Assembly: GCA_003228095.2 (NCBI GenBank)
Contig: QGNM01000002.1
Span: forward strand, 9,029-73,028
Length of the DNA: 64,000 nucleotides
Origin: Chloroflexota bacterium
GTDB taxonomy: Bacteria; Chloroflexota; Dehalococcoidia; Lucifugimonadales; UBA2962
Reading direction: 5' to 3'
Part shown: positions 29,554-39,493 of the stretch, piece by piece
Layout: every line of letters starts with the position of its first letter
Numbering within the stretch: the first letter of the stretch is position 1
Notes under the pieces: model-generated
The model's database searches: none
Seen by the model: the letters and a program-made list of their open reading frames with translations, nothing else
Told to the model about the DNA's origin: nothing
Made by a program: the position numbers and the translations under genes

Positions 29554-30501
29554 ATGTTTAGATTCAAATCCTCACTTAAAAGTTATTTTCAGATAATTAT
29601 TATTGCTTGTGTTTTCGGTTACTTCTCACTGATCCTTGCATCACTAGCGTGTAATGATGATGGCCTTAAGGTAGTTGAAAATATAGATCAAGATCCAACT
29701 GGACAATATGAAACTGTAACTATATTAGACGGAATGGGGAACGAGGTTGTTTTCACCTCTCCACCTCAGCGAATAGTGGCGTACGACTCAGCAGCAGTCG
29801 AGATCTTATTTGCTTTAGGCGAAGGGAGTAGGATCATAGGGACTCATGATTTTGTTGAGCACCCTAAAGAAGCAAACAATATTAAAAAGTTAGGAAGCGC
29901 ATTTGAAATAAACGTAGAGACTATTTTGTCCCTAGATCCTGACTTAGTTTTCCTATTTTCGCCTACTTTCCTGGACGACTTGAGGGGAGCTGGCATCAAT
30001 GTTCTTTATGTTCCAAACCGAAATAGTGGATTGGAGTCAACTGCTGAGGATTTTTTGATGTGGGGCCGAATAACTGGAAATGTCAATTCTGCTAATTTGT
30101 TGGCACAGGATTTTATTGAACGGGTTAATCATATTAGAGACAAATTAGCAGAATTGGATAAAGGGCCAAAAGTTTTTAGAGATGAGGGAGATCTTTGGAC
30201 ACCTGGACCAAATACCTTGATAGGAGAAGCTATGAGTCTTTTGAAGTTAGAAAACATTGCTTATGACGTTAGTGGGTTTGAACAATTAAGCGCTGAGATT
30301 CTTATTGAAAGAAACCCAGAAATAATCATAAAAACAGATTATTCTACTATAGAATCTGACCCTGTTTTTGACAATGTAATTGCTATAAAAGAGAAGAATG
30401 TTTTTATGTTGCCAGACAGTCCACTAAGTGTTGCTGGCCCTCGATTCATATCGGGAGTTGAAGAATTAGCTCGATTAATATATCCGGAAAAATTTTATTA
30501 A
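29554..30501 (+). CDS. ABC transporter substrate-binding protein, cobalamin/siderophore (BtuF/FhuD) family
   Basis: Signal/anchor segment with Cys (LASLAC), and a class III periplasmic binding-protein pattern. Sits behind a B12 riboswitch and ahead of a FecCD permease and an ATPase. Confidence 0.8.
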   Translation: MFRFKSSLKSYFQIIIIACVFGYFSLILASLACNDDGLKVVENIDQDPTGQYETVTILDGMGNEVVFTSPPQRIVAYDSAAVEILFALGEGSRIIGTHDFVEHPKEANNIKKLGSAFEINVETILSLDPDLVFLFSPTFLDDLRGAGINVLYVPNRNSGLESTAEDFLMWGRITGNVNSANLLAQDFIERVNHIRDKLAELDKGPKVFRDEGDLWTPGPNTLIGEAMSLLKLENIAYDVSGFEQLSAEILIERNPEIIIKTDYSTIESDPVFDNVIAIKEKNVFMLPDSPLSVAGPRFISGVEELARLIYPEKFY

Positions 30502-30508
30502 TAATTTT

Positions 30509-31597
30509 ATGATTTATGATACTTGTACAAAAAAAAAGTTAGCTTATAACATCAAAAACAGGATGAGTTATACTCGAATAGCACGTCGAATTATTCTAGG
30601 GTTGACCATTGTTTTAGTAATAGGTATTGTGGCGTCTAGCGTAGGCGCAGTAAATATTCCATTGACAGATACAATAGCCATCGTAATTAACAAAGTTATT
30701 GGTGTTCGAGTAAAAAGTAGTTGGCCTGAAGTTTCAGAGAGCATCTTAATTAATCTGCGGTTTCCTCGAATCATCTTGTCAGGGATAGTTGGGGCAGCAT
30801 TATCAATAAGTGGAGCGGCATACCAAGGCTTGTTTCGTAATCCTTTAGCAGACCCTTATCTTATTGGCTCGGCGAGTGGCGCTGGGTTAGGAGCTGCGAT
30901 CGTGTTTTTAACTGGTGTGCCTTTGCTAGCATTTGGTGGTGGATTATTACCTATTGCTGCTTTTATAGGCTCTATAACTGCAGTCACACTTGCTTATTTC
31001 ATAGGTCGTCGGCAGGGCCAGGTGGGGATATCAACTTTAATTCTCGCAGGGGTAGCTATTTCATCTTTGGCCGGGGCAATTACTAGTTTGTTAATGATTA
31101 AGAGTGACCCTAATTTGCGACCGTTAATGAGCTGGCTATTAGGCGGATTTTCTGGTTCTCGCTGGATGGACGTCTTTGTTTTATTACCTTATGTTGTGCC
31201 ACCAATGGTAGTTTTGATGTTTTATTCTAGGATGCTAAATATTTTACAATTAAATGACTTACATGCTCAGACTTTGGGGGTAAATGTTAATCGTACAAAA
31301 ACAGTTGTTTTGTTAGCTGCATCTTTAGTTACTGCTTCCGCGGTGGCATTCAGTGGAGTAATTGGATTTGTGGGGTTGGTTGGCCCACATATTGTGCGAT
31401 TGATATGGGGCTCTGATTATAGACATTTGGTTCCTATGTCTGCCATATTTGGGGCTGGCTTTTTGATTGTGGCTGATTTAGGAGCGCGTGTTATAGCGAT
31501 TCCTGCCGAGTTACCTGTTGGGATAATAACGGCATTTTTTGGAGCACCTTTCTTCATATATATATTAAAAACTAATAAAAGGTCAAAAGGTATTTAG
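30509..31597 (+). CDS. FecCD-family ABC permease (BtuC-like)
   Basis: About 9-10 TM with typical FecCD segments (LRFPRIILSGIVGAALSISGAAYQGLFRNPLADPYLIG, GVIGFVGLVGPHIVR). The start may be the later Met at 30563. Confidence 0.9.
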   Translation: MIYDTCTKKKLAYNIKNRMSYTRIARRIILGLTIVLVIGIVASSVGAVNIPLTDTIAIVINKVIGVRVKSSWPEVSESILINLRFPRIILSGIVGAALSISGAAYQGLFRNPLADPYLIGSASGAGLGAAIVFLTGVPLLAFGGGLLPIAAFIGSITAVTLAYFIGRRQGQVGISTLILAGVAISSLAGAITSLLMIKSDPNLRPLMSWLLGGFSGSRWMDVFVLLPYVVPPMVVLMFYSRMLNILQLNDLHAQTLGVNVNRTKTVVLLAASLVTASAVAFSGVIGFVGLVGPHIVRLIWGSDYRHLVPMSAIFGAGFLIVADLGARVIAIPAELPVGIITAFFGAPFFIYILKTNKRSKGI

Positions 31598-31599
31598 TT

Positions 31600-32373
31600 A
31601 TGCTTAGGATTGATGAATTAGAGTTTGCATATGATACCCATCAAGTAATCAGATGTGTCAGCTTTGAGGCTCATTCAGGAGAAGTTATTGCTGTCGTTGG
31701 TGCGAATGGGTCTGGCAAAACAACTCTCTTTAACTTGATAACGGGTGGGTATAAACAGTCCAAAGGCACCATTTTTATAAATGACCAAAATACAAAGCAA
31801 CTGAGTTCATGGGATAGGTCACAACTAATCGCTTATGTGCCGCAAAATCCTGATCCACCTCAAGGATTTACGGTTGGGGAGTTAGTGATGATGGGTCGTA
31901 ATCCATACTTGAGTTTAATTGACTGGGGTAAATCTGAGGATTTTGCTATAGCCGAAAAAGCGCTGTTGAAAACAGGGCTATCAGATTATATTGACCAGCC
32001 ATTAGATCATCTCTCAGGAGGTGAGCTCCAATCAGCATTTATTGCCATGGCACTTGCTCAGGAAACAGAGATTCTGCTATTGGATGAACCTACGTCTAAT
32101 TTAGACTTGCGCAATCAAGCTGTATTGATGTCGATGGTACATCAATTAAGCCGAGAAAACGAAACTACTGTCATAATGGCAATGCACGACCTGACCTTAG
32201 CAGCTCAATGGTGTGACAAATTGGTTATGTTATTAAACGGTTCTGTTTTTGCAGAAGGACCTCCCGAAATCGTATTGACTGCTGATAACATCAATTTGGT
32301 TTATGACACAGAGGTCGAGGTTGAATACAGTAGAAAAGGTAATAAGCCAATTATATTTAGTAAGCAAAACTAA
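31600..32373 (+). CDS. ABC transporter ATP-binding protein (BtuD/FepC-like)
   Basis: Walker A GANGSGKTT, signature LSGGELQ, Walker B LLLDEPTSNLD, and H-loop. Confidence 0.9.
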   Translation: MLRIDELEFAYDTHQVIRCVSFEAHSGEVIAVVGANGSGKTTLFNLITGGYKQSKGTIFINDQNTKQLSSWDRSQLIAYVPQNPDPPQGFTVGELVMMGRNPYLSLIDWGKSEDFAIAEKALLKTGLSDYIDQPLDHLSGGELQSAFIAMALAQETEILLLDEPTSNLDLRNQAVLMSMVHQLSRENETTVIMAMHDLTLAAQWCDKLVMLLNGSVFAEGPPEIVLTADNINLVYDTEVEVEYSRKGNKPIIFSKQN

Positions 32374-32511
32374 TTTCACTAATTGGCTTGCTCTTTATTT
32401 ACCTTGATTATATTATTGGCAGGAATTTTAAGCTGTGGAATTTTGCGTTTGATTGTGTAGAGAATTCTGGTAAGTCTAAACTGGACATCTGTATTTGAAG
32501 GAAGGTGATTT

Positions 32512-34182
32512 ATGGTAAGAATGACAGGTAAAAAAGCGTTACTTGAGATGCTCATAGCTGAAGGTGTTGAGTATATATTCGGAAATCCGGGAACTTCTGA
32601 AGGCGCTATTATGGATGCCCTGGAAGACTATCCTGAATTGCAGTACATATTAGCTACTCAAGAGGGCGTTGCTATGGGAGCAGCTGATACTTATGCACGT
32701 GCAACTGGAAAACCTGGATTCATTAACTTACATATAGAGACTGGTTTAGCTAATGGAATAAGTCTATTACACAATGCTTACGCTGGAGGTACCCCATTAG
32801 TACTTACGGCAGGAAACAAGGACATGCGAAAATTAGTTGAAGGACGTACTCCTTTAGCTGACATGGTCAAGTTATTCACTAAATGGAGTGTTGAATTAAC
32901 GCATCCAGAGCAGATACCGGGTGCAATTCGAAAAGCCTTCAATGAAGCCAGGACTCCTCCAACAGGGCCAACGTTCATAGCATTTTCAGCTAATGCGCTT
33001 GATGGAGAGGCCGATATGGAGATAGTGCCAAATTCCGAAGGATACTTCAGGGTTTCTGCAGACGTACAAGCTATAGAAGCTGCAACGAATATTTTATTGG
33101 AAAGTAAAAACCCAATAATGATTGTTGGAGATAGAGTAGCTCAATCGAATGCTAGTAATGAGGCGGTTAAGTTAGCAGAACAGATTGGTGCACAAGTATA
33201 CGCCACTCATTATTCTGAGATGAATTTCCCTTCGAAACACCCATTATTTAAAGGTTTTATAAAGTGGGGATTCCCTGAAACTAAAGAGCTATTAAAAGAT
33301 TGTGATGTCGTTTTAGCTGTCGGAAATGTTTTTTCGGGATATTTTTTCTTTGAAGATGAAAGCGGGAACACCCTATCTGAAAAGACAAAATTAGTTCATA
33401 TAGATGCCGATTCAAGTGTTGTAGGTAATACTGAACCTGCAAACGTAGGCGTAATTTGTGATCCAAAAACGGGAATGGCAGCACTTTATGAATCTTTAGA
33501 TAATAAATCTCCTGGTTCATATCGAGAAGATACGAAAGGCCGAATAGAAAAAACATCTTTAAAAATTGCTTCAGATAGAGAATCCACACTAAATATTGCT
33601 AAAGAAAATTGGAATCAACTACCAATGTCCGCTTCAAGAATGATGCATGAGATAGCTAATTGTATTCCTGAGAATACCGTTATAGTTGATGATTCGGTTA
33701 CAACTAGAACTGCGGTGTTTGAAAATATTGAATTCAACAAACCTGGACAAATATTTGGGGAAAGAGGAGGAGCTATCGGCTGGGGTTTAGGGGCAGGAAT
33801 TGGTGCTAAGTTGGCGAACCCTGATCGCCCAGTTGTAGCGATTGTTGGAGATGGATCGGCCATGATGACTGTTCAGGCTTTTTATACCGCAGCGATCAAA
33901 AATATTCCTATCATATACGTTATTTGTAATAATCAAAGTTACCGAGTGTTAAAAGTTAACATGGATATATATAAAGACCTAGTTTTGGGAGAAGCAAAAA
34001 ATCAGAGTAAATATCTAGCTATGGATTTTCCAAAAGCATTGAATATGGCTGGATTAGCTGAAGCGATGGGCGTAAAGGGAGTCCGTGTGACAGATCCATC
34101 AAGGATCGGTCCTGAATTAACTAAAGCGATCAAATCTAATAAACCTACCGTTCTTGATATCTCTATTGATGGTTCATTATAG
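32512..34182 (+). CDS. Thiamine-diphosphate-dependent enzyme (acetolactate synthase / benzoylformate decarboxylase-like)
   Basis: Three-domain TPP enzyme layout with N-terminal GVEYIFGNPGTSE and TPP motif GDGSAMMTVQAFYTA...NN. AAGGAAGGTGA SD upstream of the ATG. Confidence 0.8.
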   Translation: MVRMTGKKALLEMLIAEGVEYIFGNPGTSEGAIMDALEDYPELQYILATQEGVAMGAADTYARATGKPGFINLHIETGLANGISLLHNAYAGGTPLVLTAGNKDMRKLVEGRTPLADMVKLFTKWSVELTHPEQIPGAIRKAFNEARTPPTGPTFIAFSANALDGEADMEIVPNSEGYFRVSADVQAIEAATNILLESKNPIMIVGDRVAQSNASNEAVKLAEQIGAQVYATHYSEMNFPSKHPLFKGFIKWGFPETKELLKDCDVVLAVGNVFSGYFFFEDESGNTLSEKTKLVHIDADSSVVGNTEPANVGVICDPKTGMAALYESLDNKSPGSYREDTKGRIEKTSLKIASDRESTLNIAKENWNQLPMSASRMMHEIANCIPENTVIVDDSVTTRTAVFENIEFNKPGQIFGERGGAIGWGLGAGIGAKLANPDRPVVAIVGDGSAMMTVQAFYTAAIKNIPIIYVICNNQSYRVLKVNMDIYKDLVLGEAKNQSKYLAMDFPKALNMAGLAEAMGVKGVRVTDPSRIGPELTKAIKSNKPTVLDISIDGSL

Positions 34183-34194
34183 TTACAGCTCTAT

Positions 34195-34794
34195 ATGATC
34201 GATCTTTTTGACGATAATTTAAAACGCTGTCATGAAAATTTCTCTGACAAATTGCAAGTAGAATATCATGACGAATATTGGGGAACGCCTACTAAAAATA
34301 TACGACGACTCTTTGAATTTTTGTCATTAAGTGGCATGCAAGCTGGGTTAAGCTGGTGGATGGTTTGGAAAAGGAGAGAAGCATTTAGGATTGCTTTTGA
34401 TGATTTTGAAGTCAAAATAGTTGCTAATTATTCACAGGATAAAATTTTAAATTTAATGCAGAATAAGTTAATAATTCGTAACAAAACTAAAATTAATTCC
34501 ATCATAAATAATGCACAAAAAATATTATCCTTAACGAATGAATATGGTGGATTTGATGAATATTTATGGTCTTTCGTGGGAGATGATCCTAAAGTAAATT
34601 TTTGGAAACAAAACGAAGTGGTTCCTGCCGTACTTGATCCTGCTGAAGAAATTTCTAAAGATATGATACGAAGAGGCTTTAAATTCTGTGGGCCAACTAT
34701 TATTTATGCTTACATACAATCAGTTGGAGTAGTAAATGATCATAAAATTGGTTGCTTCAAGCATGGCAAGCTGGAATTCGACTGGAATCGCTGA
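34195..34794 (+). CDS. tag: DNA-3-methyladenine glycosylase I
   Basis: YHDEYWGTP, LSLSGMQAGLSW, and RGFKFCGPTIIYAYIQSVGVVNDH, with Cys/His zinc-site residues as in E. coli Tag. Confidence 0.9.
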   Translation: MIDLFDDNLKRCHENFSDKLQVEYHDEYWGTPTKNIRRLFEFLSLSGMQAGLSWWMVWKRREAFRIAFDDFEVKIVANYSQDKILNLMQNKLIIRNKTKINSIINNAQKILSLTNEYGGFDEYLWSFVGDDPKVNFWKQNEVVPAVLDPAEEISKDMIRRGFKFCGPTIIYAYIQSVGVVNDHKIGCFKHGKLEFDWNR

Positions 34795-34822
34795 ATGACC
34801 GATATTTCAAAGGCTTTGGTTT

Positions 34823-35752
34823 TTATTCCAGTTTAGAGTTAATGAAATCAGGGTACCCAGAAGCGAAGTCAATACTTGATACTTCTCGCTTACCTTCCAA
34901 TTGTAATTTACAAAGTATTAATGCTCCTTTCGTCGTTTTAACAATGAGATTACCATTAATTTTTTCAACTTTGCCTGGTGATTCATACATTTGGTCAAGT
35001 CTATACGGTTTTACTTCAAGTATTTTAATGATTTTGTTTTTCCAAATCGTGTATATCCCTGGCCAGGGACGGTAAGCTCGGTCCATTCGTATTATGTGCT
35101 CTGCAGTAGTGTTCCAGTTAATCAAACCGTCCGATTTTTTTACTAGTTTCGTTGTTGTGACGAGTGCTTCTCTTTGTGGTTCAGGCACCAGGTTTCCATT
35201 AATTAGATTAGGTAAATTTTTAATCAACATCTTTGCGCCAATAGCAAATAACTTTTCGGTACATTCTCCAGCCGAGTCATTCATATCTATTTCTATTTTT
35301 TCTTGGCTAATTATGGGTCCAGTATCTAACCCCTCATCTATTTGCATTAAAGTTACCCCTGTTGTTATTTTGCCATCTAAAATAGCTGAAACTACTGGAG
35401 AGGGTCCTCGATATTCAGGTAAAAGAGATGGGTGTAAATTCCAACATCCATATCGAGGAATTAAAAGCAATTCTTTCGGGATTAGTTTTCCATAAGCCGC
35501 TACGACGATAAGGTCTGGGTTAAGTTGAGAGACTTCTTCTTGTACTTTGGGATCTTTTAAAGACGAAGGCTGGTGAACCTTAAAATCTAAGTTTTCGGCA
35601 AATAACTTTATTGCTGGAGAGCTCATTTTATTTCCGCGTCCAGCAGGTTTATCAGACTTGGTGTAAATCGCTACTAAATCATGCTGACTATCGATTAAAT
35701 TTTTCAGTACGGGTATGGAAAATTTTGGAGACCCCATAAATAATATACGCAT
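34823..35752 (-). CDS. fmt: Methionyl-tRNA formyltransferase
   Basis: MRILFMGSP N-terminus, HPSLLPEYRGPSP (SLLP motif) and a C-terminal tRNA-binding domain. The ATG at 35752 is preceded by GGTGG at 5 nt. The track ORF starts 9 nt further upstream at GTG. Confidence 0.92.
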   Translation of the reverse strand: MRILFMGSPKFSIPVLKNLIDSQHDLVAIYTKSDKPAGRGNKMSSPAIKLFAENLDFKVHQPSSLKDPKVQEEVSQLNPDLIVVAAYGKLIPKELLLIPRYGCWNLHPSLLPEYRGPSPVVSAILDGKITTGVTLMQIDEGLDTGPIISQEKIEIDMNDSAGECTEKLFAIGAKMLIKNLPNLINGNLVPEPQREALVTTTKLVKKSDGLINWNTTAEHIIRMDRAYRPWPGIYTIWKNKIIKILEVKPYRLDQMYESPGKVEKINGNLIVKTTKGALILCKLQLEGKREVSSIDFASGYPDFINSKLE

Positions 35753-35992
35753 ATTTACCACCGGTTGGTTGATTTCATACCAATATATTATCGACTTTAT
35801 TTAAGATTGACACTATTTGACTAGCTTACCTCCATTGGTTTAATTAATGAAATTTAATAAGTTCAGTTATATTTTTTACAGAAAAAATCATAACGCATTT
35901 GATTGTGCTATTATTCGGAAACAAAACGAAGAAATTGGTTGCTTTCAAAATTACTTGGCATCGCAAAATTGAATCATGGGAGATAAAAAGTT

Positions 35993-36904
35993 ATGAACAA
36001 TAAGAGAATAGCTTATGTGAATGGTCAAATAGTTCTTGAAACAGAAGCAAAAATTTCTATTAACGATATGGGCTTCCTTTATGGAGACGCGGTATTCGAC
36101 ACTACAAGGACGTTTGGAGGCAAGATATTTAGACTTCAGCAACACCTTGACCGCTTCTTCCAATCCTTGAAATACATGAGGATTGACCCATTGATGACGA
36201 AAGATGAAATGAGTGCCATTACAATGGAGGTGTTGGAACGTAATTTGCCGTTATTAGGTGACAACGAAGATTATTGGGTATCTCAGAGAGTTAGTAGAGG
36301 GGTCCGGCAAGACCTAGGACTAGGAGGCCTTTCTGATCCTACTGTAGTAATAGAAACATTTCCGTTACCTTTAAAACAGCGAGCATCACTTTATAAAGAT
36401 GGATTACAGCTTGTAACTCCATCAGTAAGACGTACTCCTCCGGAATCTCAAAGCCCTCGAGTTAAAGTACATAATTACATAAATATTATTCAAGCTGATT
36501 TGGAAGTAAAGTCACAAAACCCAGACGCTTCAGCGTTAATGTTGGACGTTAATGGCAACTTGTGTGAGGGACATGGAGCTAACATTTTCTTAGTTAAAGG
36601 TGGAGAGATATTTACTCCACACGAGCAATACATTTTGGCTGGCATTAGCCGTCAAGCTACAATTGATTTAGCACATGAATTAGGAATAAGAGTCACAGAG
36701 AAAAACCTTGATTTATATGATGCCTACACCGCAGACGAAATATTCGTGACCTCTACCAGTTACTGTATATGTCCAGTAGCATCAGTTAATGGCTTAAAGC
36801 CTGAGCACAAAAACCTACCAGGCCCTGTAACAAAACGTCTAACGGATGCATATTCAGGAATGGTGGGAATAGATATTGTTGGTCAATATCTAAAGAATTT
36901 ATAA
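35993..36904 (+). CDS. Class IV (branched-chain / D-amino-acid) aminotransferase
   Basis: Fold-type IV pattern: GFLYGDAVFDTTR, the ..H.DR. motif, EGHGANIF and GISR. Confidence 0.85.
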   Translation: MNNKRIAYVNGQIVLETEAKISINDMGFLYGDAVFDTTRTFGGKIFRLQQHLDRFFQSLKYMRIDPLMTKDEMSAITMEVLERNLPLLGDNEDYWVSQRVSRGVRQDLGLGGLSDPTVVIETFPLPLKQRASLYKDGLQLVTPSVRRTPPESQSPRVKVHNYINIIQADLEVKSQNPDASALMLDVNGNLCEGHGANIFLVKGGEIFTPHEQYILAGISRQATIDLAHELGIRVTEKNLDLYDAYTADEIFVTSTSYCICPVASVNGLKPEHKNLPGPVTKRLTDAYSGMVGIDIVGQYLKNL

Positions 36905-36957
36905 ATCAAAAACCCGATAATTTTAAATCAATATAGTTAACAATCGAGTTTTATTTT

Positions 36958-38121
36958 ATGAATGATTTATTTCCCAAAATCATGCTTAGTAGAAATGATG
37001 GAGTTATCGACCTTGCCTGGGGTCATCCTTCCGACAATTTACATCCTTTGGATGAACTTAAGCCTGCTGTTGATGCAATATTTACAAACCAAGAGATCTC
37101 AGCACTTCAATATAGTGGATATCAAGGATACGGCCCTCTTATTGAGTCACTAAGTCAATATCTATCTGAGGAAAAGTCATATACCAAGACAATTAACCCA
37201 GAGGAGTTATATATAGGATATGGCGCATCTCATGGACTTGATCTTGCGTGCACCCTATTCACAGGAGAGGGAAATACTGTATTAGTTGAAGAGCCTAGTT
37301 ATTATCTTGTCCGGCAGATTTTAATTGATCATAGACTAAATATAGTTGGTGTTCCAACTGATTCCGAAGGGATGCAAATTGAAAATCTTGAACAGATAAT
37401 TCAGTCGTTTAAAGGTGATGTTAAACTTTTGTACCTTATCCCATCGTTTCATAACCCTATGGGCAGTGTAATGTCACATGAAAGACGCGAGAAGATCATA
37501 GAGCTGGCCAAAGAGTATCACTTTTTAATTGCTGCCGATGAAGCCTACCACTTACTTTATTATGGAGATCCTCCTCCGCCGACAATGGCCACATTGGATA
37601 ATTCGAGTACAGGATGTGTTGTTTCGCTCGGATCATTCTCAAAGATACTTGCTCCGGGCATAAAGTTAGGATGGGTTCAGTCGAAGCCAAATTTAGTGGA
37701 TAAGTTTACCAACTCAGGCTCTAATTTTAGCGGAGGAAACAATAATTTTGCGGGAGCTATTGTAGACATAGCTATTCGTAAAGGAATTTTATCTAAGCAT
37801 ATTAATCGTTTGAAGAGTACTTATAAGTCGAGAATGGAAATCATGTCGATGGCGCTGAAAACCCACATTCCGGACGCTGAATTTCTGATGCCGCAAGGTG
37901 GATACTATTTTTGGATTAAGCTTCCGGAAGAAATAGACGCGATGGTTTTAGAAAGGTTGGCATTGAATGAAGGGGTAACTTTAAGACCTGGGGTAGCATT
38001 TTCTGGGCAAAGCCTATTTTCGAATTATATTAGGCTGTGTTTTGCTCTTTCTGATATAGAGGATATAAGTGAAGGTATTTATAGGTTGGGGCAAGCCTAT
38101 TGCAAGTATGTTAAGGGATAA
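36958..38121 (+). CDS. Class I/II PLP-dependent aminotransferase
   Basis: Fold-type I pattern with the PLP lysine in SLGSFSKILAPGIKLGW, NP.G and DE.Y motifs. Confidence 0.8.
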   Translation: MNDLFPKIMLSRNDGVIDLAWGHPSDNLHPLDELKPAVDAIFTNQEISALQYSGYQGYGPLIESLSQYLSEEKSYTKTINPEELYIGYGASHGLDLACTLFTGEGNTVLVEEPSYYLVRQILIDHRLNIVGVPTDSEGMQIENLEQIIQSFKGDVKLLYLIPSFHNPMGSVMSHERREKIIELAKEYHFLIAADEAYHLLYYGDPPPPTMATLDNSSTGCVVSLGSFSKILAPGIKLGWVQSKPNLVDKFTNSGSNFSGGNNNFAGAIVDIAIRKGILSKHINRLKSTYKSRMEIMSMALKTHIPDAEFLMPQGGYYFWIKLPEEIDAMVLERLALNEGVTLRPGVAFSGQSLFSNYIRLCFALSDIEDISEGIYRLGQAYCKYVKG

Positions 38122-38127
38122 GACACA

Positions 38128-38415
38128 TTAAACACCATCCACAAATATAATCTTTGAATCAGCGTATTCCTCTCTTATTTTTTTCCAAGGCGCATACTCA
38201 TCTCCATTATAAAACTCCATTGCTGCTTCTCTACTTGGAAACTCAATAACTACTATACGTTCAGGGCTCCAATTCCCCTCGTGTATCGTCAGGCTACCTC
38301 CTCTGACCAAGTATTTAGCTCCATATTTTGCTGAAATTTTTGGTACTTCTACCAAGTATTCCTTATATCTTCCAGGTTCTTTAACATTAACTTCTCCTAT
38401 CATATATGTTGACAA
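38128..38415 (-). CDS. DUF1330 domain protein
   Basis: 95 aa with YMIGEVNV...Y.EY......KYGAKYLVRGG...EG.W.P.R.V.IEFPS.E.A..FY.S.EY, the DUF1330 pattern. Confidence 0.8.
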   Translation of the reverse strand: MSTYMIGEVNVKEPGRYKEYLVEVPKISAKYGAKYLVRGGSLTIHEGNWSPERIVVIEFPSREAAMEFYNGDEYAPWKKIREEYADSKIIFVDGV

Positions 38416-38465
38416 TATGTTTGATCCTTATGGCAATGGTATTTCGACATTGTATAATCCAACTC

Positions 38466-39473
38466 ATGCCTAAACAAAAGATTGGAAAAGTTGGACGGGA
38501 AAAACCAAACTCATCTGATCGATTACTAGAGATTTATAGCACTATGGCAAGAAGCAGGCTTTTAGACGAAAGGGTGTGGCAACTGAATCGCCAGGGCCGC
38601 GCTGCTTTGGTAGCTTCTTCGCAAGGCCATGAAGCTCTACAAGTAGCTTCGGTTTACGCTCTACAAAAAGGCAAAGACCTTTTTTATACCTACTATCGAG
38701 ACTTAGCGGTTATGGTCGCGTTGGGAGTAACTCCAAGAGAAATAATGCTTGGTTATATGGCCAAATCGGGTGAACCAATGAGCGGCGCGAGGCAATTCCC
38801 GACTCAAGGAGCTATGCCTAATTTAGGTTTAGTTAACTTATCTAATGTTGTTGCTACTCAGCTACCCCAAGCAGTGGGAGCTGCTTTAGCTTGTGTTCAA
38901 AAAGGTTCTGATGCGGTTGTGGCAGTATATTTTGGAGACGGGGCTTCTTCGACAGGCGACTGCCATGAGGCAATGAACTTCGCTTCCGTTCATAAATTGC
39001 CGGTGATATTTATTTGCGAGAATAATGGTTATGCTATTTCTGTTCCCCTAGAAAAACAAATGGCAGTTAAAAATGTATCTGTCCGGGGAGATAGTTATAA
39101 CATGCCTGGTTTTACAATTGACGGGACTAATGTGGTTGAAGTCTTTAAAACTGTTTCTGATGCAGCTAATCGTGCTCGAATAGGAGAAGGACCAACGTTG
39201 ATTGAGGGTATGGTTGAGCGAAATTTACCTCATACCGGTGACGATGATGATAGAAGGTATAGATCTGAAGATGAGATAGTAAAAGCAAAAGAAAAAAATC
39301 CAGTGAGGATTTTGAGAGAATTATTAAAAAAAGATAATATTTTGACTAACGAAGTTGACCTTGAGATTAATAAAGCCGCAAAAATAAGTATAGATGACGC
39401 AACCGAATACGGGGAATCGGCATCATACCCAGACCCTGACGAATTTTATGATCATGTGTATTCACAAGTATAG
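38466..39473 (+). CDS. 2-oxoisovalerate (branched-chain 2-oxoacid)-type dehydrogenase E1 alpha
   Basis: TPP-binding GDGASSTGD...NN and YRDL motifs. Start trimmed to the ATG at 38466, which avoids overlap with the divergent DUF1330 gene. Confidence 0.88.
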   Translation: MPKQKIGKVGREKPNSSDRLLEIYSTMARSRLLDERVWQLNRQGRAALVASSQGHEALQVASVYALQKGKDLFYTYYRDLAVMVALGVTPREIMLGYMAKSGEPMSGARQFPTQGAMPNLGLVNLSNVVATQLPQAVGAALACVQKGSDAVVAVYFGDGASSTGDCHEAMNFASVHKLPVIFICENNGYAISVPLEKQMAVKNVSVRGDSYNMPGFTIDGTNVVEVFKTVSDAANRARIGEGPTLIEGMVERNLPHTGDDDDRRYRSEDEIVKAKEKNPVRILRELLKKDNILTNEVDLEINKAAKISIDDATEYGESASYPDPDEFYDHVYSQV

Positions 39474-39493
39474 GAAATTGTAGGATTTCTCCA

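Noticed and set aside
34752-35075. 107-aa plus-strand ORF spanning the tag 3' end and the antisense of fmt
   Set aside because: It overlaps two well-supported genes and has no motif content.
35864-35989. 41-aa plus-strand ORF (MKFNKFSYIFYRKNH...) in the fmt / aminotransferase intergenic region
   Set aside because: It has no SD and an odd composition, and it ends adjacent to the real start of the aminotransferase gene. Likely non-coding.
38409-38458. Possible sigma-70-type promoter (TTGACA at 38409-38414, TATAAT at 38453-38458) ahead of the second E1 alpha gene
   Set aside because: The two perfect hexamers are 38 nt apart, far from the 17-nt optimum. Pairing either hexamer with a properly spaced partner gives only weak matches, so no confident promoter call is possible.
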